Part shown: piece by piece, positions 1 through 5,820 of the stretch
Position numbering within the stretch: position 1 is the stretch's first letter
Layout: each line of letters begins with the position of its first letter
DNA from: Promethearchaeota archaeon
GTDB taxonomy: Archaea; Asgardarchaeota; Thorarchaeia; Thorarchaeales; Thorarchaeaceae
Reading direction: 5' to 3'
Assembly: GCA_027031765.1 (NCBI GenBank)
Contig: JALVPN010000174.1
Coordinates: 1 to 9,011, forward strand
Length of the DNA: 9,011 nucleotides
Translations under genes and position numbers: made by a program
Notes under the pieces: model-generated
Seen by the model: only the letters and a program-made list of their open reading frames with translations
Told to the model about the DNA's origin: nothing
Databases searched by the model: none

Positions 1-213
1 GGGTTCTCTGGGAGCATAAGGCGAAACCCCATAGGAGTGAACGAGAACCATCTGAACCCGGCTGTCCCCACATGGCATTGCTTGGCCTTGTGATAAGATT
101 GATTAGCGGGATTGACACTGTGAAAGCTGAAGAAGGCAAGCATCACGACTTGATTGTTCTTGTCGGGCGAGAAGGAGCGAGTTCTGCTATAGTCCAACAT
201 GGTTGGTGGAAGC

Positions 214-606
214 ATGTCGGAGAAGAAGAAACAGGAGATTGTTGTTGAGTATATCTTCGGACCCGAGTACAGAGAGATTTACGTGAACGGGGCCAGAGGT
301 GGAGTCCAGAATGGGTACCATCTGAAGATTGACTTCTACGTTGAGAGGACATCCATGCCATTCACAAAAGAGCGGCTTGAGATGGGTGAGGACGGCAAGA
401 CGGAAAGGATACCACTTGATGCCAAGGACACGCTGGTGGTAGAACGTGAGTTCAAGGTGGGGCTCATCCTGTCGTTCCATGCCGCAAGGGAGTTGTTCCT
501 GTGGCTTAGCCAGCGAGTGAAGGAAATAGAACAGGTCGAGAGGCATATCAGGGAAGGCCCATCCGCGACCGTGACAATCGAGGAATCCAAGAAGGAGGAG
601 GAATAG
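214..606 (+). CDS. Hypothetical protein, DUF3467-like (beta-rich plus C-terminal helix), 130 aa; first gene of four-gene cassette
   Basis: ORF 199..606. ATG at 214 preferred because GGTGG lies just upstream. Motifs YVNGARGG...LKIDFY and VGLILSFHAARELFLWL resemble my recollection of DUF3467-type patterns (Y-x-N...F-x-L-D-F and I-x-L-S-P-x-x-A-K-x-L); no HMM was run. Confidence 0.8.
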   Translation: MSEKKKQEIVVEYIFGPEYREIYVNGARGGVQNGYHLKIDFYVERTSMPFTKERLEMGEDGKTERIPLDAKDTLVVEREFKVGLILSFHAARELFLWLSQRVKEIEQVERHIREGPSATVTIEESKKEEE

Positions 607-609
607 TTG

Positions 610-1053
610 ATGTCTCAAGATGCACAGAGTATACCGTTTGACTATCCCGAGGAAGCTTCTGACTCATCCGTGCTATACGTCTACATGTTTGTGCAGACGA
701 CCACAGAGGAATATTTCATCCCACCTCTGAGCGGTTTTCCAGAGGCAACGGGAACCAGTCTGACAGAACTGACACTCCTCAATACCGCAGTCCTTCAGGG
801 GATAACTAGGCGACGGCAAGATGTCGATATGCTGATGAATGCAGTGGGCCACGAGTTCGCGGAGTTCTCAAAGGAGGACCTGAAGAGGAGTATGCTTGAG
901 CGCGTCCACGAGGACGGCCCATTGTGGCCGGATGAGCTGGCCGACGAACTGAATGCAGACCCCTTTGATGTCATTGAGGCTTGCGAAGAACTCGTTGAAG
1001 AGGGGCGTTTGAGGCCTCTGGATCCCGAGGAGGTACCACGAAAGGATGACTGA
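610..1053 (+). CDS. Acidic hypothetical protein (147 aa) with C-terminal winged-helix/HTH-like segment
   Basis: GGAGGAGG (594-601) precedes ATG 610; TTG 607 is an alternative start. The segment PLWPDELADELNADPFDVIEACEELVEEGRL fits a wHTH helix pattern. Hand count ~34 D/E versus ~11 K/R. Confidence 0.8.
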   Translation: MSQDAQSIPFDYPEEASDSSVLYVYMFVQTTTEEYFIPPLSGFPEATGTSLTELTLLNTAVLQGITRRRQDVDMLMNAVGHEFAEFSKEDLKRSMLERVHEDGPLWPDELADELNADPFDVIEACEELVEEGRLRPLDPEEVPRKDD

Positions 1054-1210
1054 ACCAGGAGATGAGATTAGGGCAAAGATTGCCATTGTTGAGTGTCGTG
1101 AGTCCTTGCCGCCCAAGATACCACGCTCCGTTCCAACAAGCAATCGGGAGTGGGTAGTGTTCAAACGCAACGTCAAGATTGCGGTGGTCAGACCAGTTGG
1201 GGAGGCATAG
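1046..1210 (+). CDS. Small hypothetical protein, 54 aa (MTEPGDEIRAKIAIVECRESLPPKIPRSVPTSNREWVVFKRNVKIAVVRPVGEA); below ORF-track cutoff
   Basis: Hand translation. ATG 1046 overlaps the end of the upstream gene by 8 nt, and GGAGGT lies at 1029-1034. Ends TAG 1208-1210. Confidence 0.6.
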   Translation: MTEPGDEIRAKIAIVECRESLPPKIPRSVPTSNREWVVFKRNVKIAVVRPVGEA

Positions 1211-1216
1211 TAGGGA

Positions 1217-1378
1217 TTGTCTAGCAGAACTTACGGCCCCTACGACTCGGTAAAGAGTCAGTACCGCAAGAAGAAGATGGTGCGCATTGTCAAGAGGGGC
1301 AATGATAGCTACATGCGAGTGAAACTTGAAGACGCGCTGTTCATTGTCGAACGCCTGCGTCCATACGGCTTGCCTTAA
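1217..1378 (+). CDS. Small basic hypothetical protein, 53 aa (MSSRTYGPYDSVKSQYRKKKMVRIVKRGNDSYMRVKLEDALFIVERLRPYGLP); below ORF-track cutoff
   Basis: Hand translation. TTG start at 1217 with GGAGG at 1201-1205; ATG 1277 is an alternative start. Same frame as the preceding ORF, separated by TAG TAG GGA. About 13 K/R versus 5 D/E. Ends TAA 1376-1378. Confidence 0.55.
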   Translation: MSSRTYGPYDSVKSQYRKKKMVRIVKRGNDSYMRVKLEDALFIVERLRPYGLP

Positions 1379-1548
1379 GAGGGTGAGTCCCGAACGTGGC
1401 GAGTCAAGTGAAGAGTCTTCAGTTCGCAGAACAGAAAGGGCTTCTCAGGACGGTTCTGCTGTTGGCAAACAGACAGCGTTCTGTTACCGGAGATATAGGT
1501 CTTGTAGTGACTTAGGAGCACAATGCCGTCATCGCAAGCGAACCACAT
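1375..1548 (-). CDS. Possible small ORF or gene remnant, 57 aa (MWFACDDGIVLLSHYKTYISGNRTLSVCQQQNRPEKPFLFCELKTLHLTRHVRDSPS)
   Basis: Hand translation. Codons are biased to C/G-ending forms (TGC, CAC, AAC, AAG). Its stop shares the TTAA at 1375-1378 with the convergent gene. No clear RBS and no recognised family. Confidence 0.25.
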   Translation of the reverse strand: MWFACDDGIVLLSHYKTYISGNRTLSVCQQQNRPEKPFLFCELKTLHLTRHVRDSPS

Positions 1549-2032
1549 GTCAAAGTCAGCTTGGCAGCTCGTGCCCGCATACTGGGCGCAGCCGCAGAAA
1601 GGTATGGGGGAATGCTTATCAATGGATGTTGCATACTATAGTGCTGGACGCCTGGTCGATGCCCGGGAAGCTCCGGTTACCGGTCCCCTGCAAGATGGGA
1701 TGACCGGCATGGGCGAGAGTGCTTCGCTGGTGCGAATGTCCACTGAAATGGGAGATTCGCGTCTCACTCAGGGTTCAGAGAGAGGCGGGCACCCCGCGAC
1801 AGAGTGCGGAGCGTGGTTATGCTAATCTCGAAGAGGGTGGACCTCAGTGCCCTGATGGGCAGTGCGGGAGGCGTCGCCCGGCGTCCACCTCTTGTTCTGC
1901 CTCCGACCGGTCCGCGTCGTGACAGCTCGTGTCCCGCCATGTGCCGACTGGCGCCGGTCAGCCACCCCTCCCAGCCCAATGACTGGGCATACGGGTGCCG
2001 TCCCTTTCATCTCACTGGTCCGCCCGACTGGC

Positions 2033-3196
2033 CTATCTGAGTCGCTCCACTACGAGCTGGACTATGTCCACCACCTTGACCGACCCGCTGGCCCCCGTGG
2101 CCCCCCGCTGCAGGTTGCTCACACAGAAGGGGCAGGCCGTGGCCAGTATGTCTGCGCCTGTTGCAAGCGCCTCGTTGACCCGGGCTGTGGCAATCCGCTC
2201 TGAGAGCCCGGGGTCGAATGAACGCAGCCCTCCGCCGGCACCACAGCACTTCGCTGCTGCGCGGGTTGTCGCCATCTCGACGAGCTCCACGCCCGGCAGT
2301 GCGCCCATGACCTCACGGGGGGCATCATAGATGCCGAGCTCACGGCCCATGTGGCACGGGTCATGGTATGTCACACTGAGGTGCTCACCAGTGTCGTGAG
2401 GGGTGAGCCGTCCCTCTGCGATGAGTTGCTGGACGAGCCCGACGACATGGACGACCTCCGGGAGACGAGTGCCAAGGGCTTCGGGGAAGTCCTTCCGGAG
2501 GGCCTTGAGGCAGCCAGCGCACGACACCACTATCCTCTCTGCACCTGCCCTCTCCACTGCCTCTATTACGCGTGCCGCATTTTCATGTGCGCTGTCCACC
2601 GCTCCGGTGCGCATCATCACAGAGCCGCAGCACGGCTCGTCCTCGACCACACAGAAGTCGATACCTGCACTATGCAGTATGCGCGCCGTGGCAATGGCGG
2701 TCTCCGGTACACGGATGCCGGCGGTGCAGCCGACAAAGTACAACACTTCGCCCTCTGTAGGCACGTCAAAGTCGAGCCGTGCCGTCCACGCCCGCTTCTC
2801 AGTGTTGTCGTCGACGTACGGGTTGTTGTGTGCCATGATGTCTGCGGTGACCCTGTCACGTACAGGGTTCGGGATGTCACTGAGCACCGCACGCACGGTC
2901 TCCAGTGTGTGGGCCGGGTCGAACTCGGCACCGCATATCTGGGTGCAGTTACCACACAGGGTGCAGGTGTAGAGCGACTCGGCACAGGCGGCGCTCCTCT
3001 CGAGTCGTCCCTCGAGCAGGGCAAGGGCTACTATCATCTTGCCACGCATGAAACTGGTCTCAAAACCGGCACTGTTCTCCCAGACTGGACACACGCCGTC
3101 AAAGCCGCCACGCTCGTACACGGCCTCACGACAGATACCGCACCGGCGGCACTGGAGGAGCTCTTCGATCAGGGCCTCCATGTCACCGTCCACCAT
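2033..3196 (-). CDS. HdrD/GlpC/GlcF-like Fe-S oxidoreductase: N-terminal 2x[4Fe-4S] ferredoxin-like domain plus two CCG domains (387 aa)
   Basis: CRRCGIC...CP and CTLCGNCTQIC cluster motifs. CCG domain 1: YFVGC...CCGS...CAGC. CCG domain 2: YHDPCH...CCGAGGG...CPFC. ATG 3196 lies 1 nt after the upstream TGA; ATG 3181 is an alternative start. The ORF-track extension to 3361 overlaps the upstream gene. Confidence 0.93.
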   Translation of the reverse strand: MVDGDMEALIEELLQCRRCGICREAVYERGGFDGVCPVWENSAGFETSFMRGKMIVALALLEGRLERSAACAESLYTCTLCGNCTQICGAEFDPAHTLETVRAVLSDIPNPVRDRVTADIMAHNNPYVDDNTEKRAWTARLDFDVPTEGEVLYFVGCTAGIRVPETAIATARILHSAGIDFCVVEDEPCCGSVMMRTGAVDSAHENAARVIEAVERAGAERIVVSCAGCLKALRKDFPEALGTRLPEVVHVVGLVQQLIAEGRLTPHDTGEHLSVTYHDPCHMGRELGIYDAPREVMGALPGVELVEMATTRAAAKCCGAGGGLRSFDPGLSERIATARVNEALATGADILATACPFCVSNLQRGATGASGSVKVVDIVQLVVERLR

Positions 3197-3197
3197 T

Positions 3198-4604
3198 TCA
3201 CAGGCCTCCCAATACTCCGGGGTTGAGGATTCCATTCGGGTCGAGGGCCCGCTTGAGCTGTCGCAGCAGGTCGAGGTAGGGCGCCATCTCCTCAACACCG
3301 GCCACCCAGTACGGTGCCAGCTTGAAGGGCACGGCCCCGGTGGCGAACAGTCGTCTGGCAAGTTCTGCGTGGGCGCTCCTTACCTTGGCCTCCTCATCAG
3401 GGTCGGTGGGATAGAAGTAGCAGTGGGGGTAGAAGTTGTAGCTGCCGTGTCCGGAGAGGAAGCCGGCAGTGTGTCCTAGGAGCCCGTACTCGTCCAGGAC
3501 TGCCCAGATCTCCTCTACCGAACGGTGCCAGTTGGAAGGAGGCTGGTGGTGGTATAGTATCCTCCAGTGCCAGCCGTGGGCGTACGACGACCTGACAAAC
3601 GTCCTCATGCGGTCGTCCCACTCGCCCCGGGGGAGCTCTGTGATGCCGATGACATGGCCCCCTATGTCTTCGCATATCCGTCTTGCGAGGGCCACATCGC
3701 TGGCCAGCTGGTCCTCCCTCAGGCGACCGATTGTCGCTGAGACCGTGTATGGCGGCCAGTCGTGCTGCGGGACCCCGTACTCCTCACCCAGCATGTCCAG
3801 GAAGAACTCGAGGATTCTGCCCTCATATATTGATGCGAAGAGCACGCCGATGTCGTTCTCTTTGAGCTCCAGTACGAAGCGCTCTGCTGCCCCTGCTGTG
3901 TCGAAGCCGTAGGTGTTGTAGTCGAAGTGGTGGATGCGCCTGAACGTCTTCAACGAGACCGCAGTGATGATGCCGAGGGTACCGAGAGAGCCTATGAAGA
4001 GTCCTGTGAGGTCTGGGCCAAAGGCATACCGGAGGTAGGGGCCAGGCGCGTCCGGGTTGGCCTCCGTGCCAGTCTGGACGATGCGTCCGTCAGCGAGTAC
4101 TACTTCGAGGCCCAGCACCATCTCCGCAATACACCCGTACCTGCTGGAACCGGGCCCGGCACCGTTCACAGCCACGTTTCCTGCAAGGGTGCACACCAGC
4201 GCCGACTCGGGGAATATGGGCACCCACAGGTCGTGGTCTGCAAGATACCTGTCGAGGGCGGCGAACGTCACACCGGCACCCACTCTGACCGACCGGAGGT
4301 CCCTGAAGAGGGTGATGTCACGGAGCCTGAGGAGGTCGACCACAAGGCCACCCTCCTGTGGGACCACCTCTCCCTGGAGGCTGGAACCACCGCACCGGGG
4401 GGTGACAGGTATGCCGTGTTCGTTGGCGACCCGGAGGACTTCTGCGACCTCCCGTGTGTCTGCTGGCCGGACGACAGCTGCCGGTAGCACAGGGTCATAG
4501 CCAGTGGATGCGCTCATCGAATAGGCCAGGAGCACGTCTTCCCGTGTCGACAGGTACTGCTCTCCCACAATCTCTTTGAGTCTCTCCAGCACGGACGCGT
4601 CCAT
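3198..4604 (-). CDS. FAD-binding oxidoreductase, PCMH-type FAD domain plus FAD-linked oxidase C-terminal domain (GlcD/Dld/AGPS superfamily), 468 aa
   Basis: Motifs TPRCGGSSLQG, TLAGNVAVNGAG, LGLEVVLADG, PDLTGLFIGSLGTLGII and terminal DPNGILNPG. GAGGTG lies upstream of ATG 4604. Confidence 0.93.
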   Translation of the reverse strand: MDASVLERLKEIVGEQYLSTREDVLLAYSMSASTGYDPVLPAAVVRPADTREVAEVLRVANEHGIPVTPRCGGSSLQGEVVPQEGGLVVDLLRLRDITLFRDLRSVRVGAGVTFAALDRYLADHDLWVPIFPESALVCTLAGNVAVNGAGPGSSRYGCIAEMVLGLEVVLADGRIVQTGTEANPDAPGPYLRYAFGPDLTGLFIGSLGTLGIITAVSLKTFRRIHHFDYNTYGFDTAGAAERFVLELKENDIGVLFASIYEGRILEFFLDMLGEEYGVPQHDWPPYTVSATIGRLREDQLASDVALARRICEDIGGHVIGITELPRGEWDDRMRTFVRSSYAHGWHWRILYHHQPPSNWHRSVEEIWAVLDEYGLLGHTAGFLSGHGSYNFYPHCYFYPTDPDEEAKVRSAHAELARRLFATGAVPFKLAPYWVAGVEEMAPYLDLLRQLKRALDPNGILNPGVLGGL

Positions 4605-4639
4605 TGTCCCACCTCTCGGGGCCCGGCCCATAGGCTAGG

Positions 4640-4966
4640 TCAGAATATGTGCCTTATCCTCATGAGGTCGCTTGCAGCACCCTTGACCTTGAGTTTCCTG
4701 CGCAGGATGGCCGATGCAGCCGACATCTCCTCCATGAAGAGCTTGCGTACGGTCTCGGCGTCGCTCTCGATCTTTATGTCCGGGCTGTCAATCGGCCCCT
4801 CATGGACGGTTATGTCGTTGTCCTTCACAATGAAGTGGTACGCACGTCCGTCCTTCAACGTCAGCAGGGCCGTGCGTTCCCAACCCTCAATGGCCTTGCG
4901 GGTCTCCTCTCGTCCGAGGCCGACCGCAATACGCTCTCGCATCAGTTCCAAGAGGTCGTCCGGCAC
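4640..4966 (-). CDS. SCP2 sterol/lipid-binding domain protein (108 aa)
   Basis: The pattern YHFIVKDNDITVHEGPIDSPDIKIESDAETVRKLF...SAASAILRRKLKVKG...LM matches the SCP2 consensus (PDvti..d.etf..l..G.l....A...gklkv.G). GTG start with GGAG 9 nt upstream. Confidence 0.88.
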   Translation of the reverse strand: MPDDLLELMRERIAVGLGREETRKAIEGWERTALLTLKDGRAYHFIVKDNDITVHEGPIDSPDIKIESDAETVRKLFMEEMSAASAILRRKLKVKGAASDLMRIRHIF

Positions 4967-5005
4967 TTCGTCACACTCCAGTAGTACGGTGCCCGGTTGT
5001 CACGG

Positions 5006-5014
5006 TATATAATT
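5006..5014 (-). promoter_or_regulatory. Archaeal TATA-like box (AATTATATA on minus strand) for the SCP2 operon; also reads TATATAAT on plus, so it may be bidirectional
   Basis: Only strongly AT-rich island in this divergent intergenic region, ~40 nt upstream of GTG 4966. This would put a start site near 4980, just before the GGAG RBS. Confidence 0.6.
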
Positions 5015-5137
5015 GGCTTGGTGGTACGCAACACAGTCCTGGCTACCGGACCACTCGCTCTGGCCCGGCAAGTGTCCTCCACGGTGTTTTGGAAAGAGAT
5101 AATAGAACACGTGTGGGCCACCGCCCGTGTGACCCTG

Positions 5138-5671
5138 ATGGTCGAGGACGACAACTCCAGGCACTACGACGAGCTGCTGGTCGACCATACTGCCATGAGA
5201 CACAGGTCTGGTCTCAAGGACTCCCTACACATGATGATCTCCCACCACCCGCCATCGCTGTATGGCCATTGTCTGCGCATATCCGTTGGCGGCCGTTCAC
5301 TGTACCTCTGTGGTCGGTGTAGCGGCATATACGCCGGCCTGCTCGGGGGGCTCGGCATACTGTTCTTCTTCAGTCCCGTGCTGGAGCCCTCGTGGTTCTG
5401 GTTCCTCTTTGCACTGGCCATAGGCTTCACTACGGTGGTGGACTGGATCACGCAGCGGCTGACGCCCCGGAAGACCACGGTCTACATACGGGCCGGGACG
5501 GGCTTCCTGAGCGGCTTGTCACTCGCAATCATCTTCTACCTCGCAAATGTGTTCTACATGCTGATTGCACTTGCCGTCACTGGTGTCACCATAACTGGCG
5601 TCAGCGTGATTGAGAACCGCAACCGTCAACACCGACTCCGCAGGGCCACGAGTCGAGAGCAGGGAGTATGA
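5138..5671 (+). CDS. DUF2085-like predicted membrane protein (177 aa)
   Basis: ISHHPPSLYGHC...LYLCGRCSGIYAG motif followed by ~4 hydrophobic segments, with DW and R..TGFLSG motifs typical of the family as I recall it. The ORF-track start (4997) runs through the promoter region, so ATG 5138 is preferred. Confidence 0.8.
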   Translation: MVEDDNSRHYDELLVDHTAMRHRSGLKDSLHMMISHHPPSLYGHCLRISVGGRSLYLCGRCSGIYAGLLGGLGILFFFSPVLEPSWFWFLFALAIGFTTVVDWITQRLTPRKTTVYIRAGTGFLSGLSLAIIFYLANVFYMLIALAVTGVTITGVSVIENRNRQHRLRRATSREQGV

Positions 5672-5776
5672 GAGCGGCCCGGCCCCTGTCTGTCCCACAG
5701 CTGCAGAGTAGGTAGCAGTATGCGATAGGGCTCCGGACTGGCGGGTAGAGCACAGCCCCTGTGATTGAACGAGTCC

Positions 5777-5788
5777 AAACCGTTATTA
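5777..5788 (+). promoter_or_regulatory. Putative archaeal BRE/TATA (AAACCGTTATTA) for the aminotransferase
   Basis: A-run followed by TTATTA ending 32 nt upstream of ATG 5821, which is typical archaeal spacing. Confidence 0.45.
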
Positions 5789-5820
5789 CTGGGCCTCACC
5801 ACCAGCATGTCGTGGACACG

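Noticed and set aside
112-117. Bacterial -35 TTGACA
   Set aside because: No -10 element at the proper spacing, and the context looks archaeal.
1-140. Structured RNA or hammerhead ribozyme (GGTTCTC/GAGAACC stem, GCGAAAC, CTGAAGA) or IS200/IS605 end
   Set aside because: The core motifs lack the required complementary stem II, and the region is truncated by the window edge.
1-200. Minus-strand reading frames running off the window start
   Set aside because: No recognisable motif or RBS; cannot be assessed without flanking sequence.
180-1231. 10-bp inverted repeat AGTTCTGCTA (180-189) / TAGCAGAACT (1222-1231) as mobile-element ends
   Set aside because: A 10-bp match is expected by chance at this scale, there is no target-site duplication or transposase, and the second copy lies inside gene 4.
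1326-2330. ORF-track entries 1326-1703, 1523-1825, 1719-1922, 1764-1979, 1804-2040, 1822-2010, 1862-2203, 1995-2330 and 2007-2249
   Set aside because: Atypical S/R/P/G-rich composition, mutual overlaps and no family motifs.
2033-4966. Selenocysteine/SECIS in the Fe-S operon
   Set aside because: No in-frame internal TGA in these genes, and no convincing SECIS motif seen downstream.
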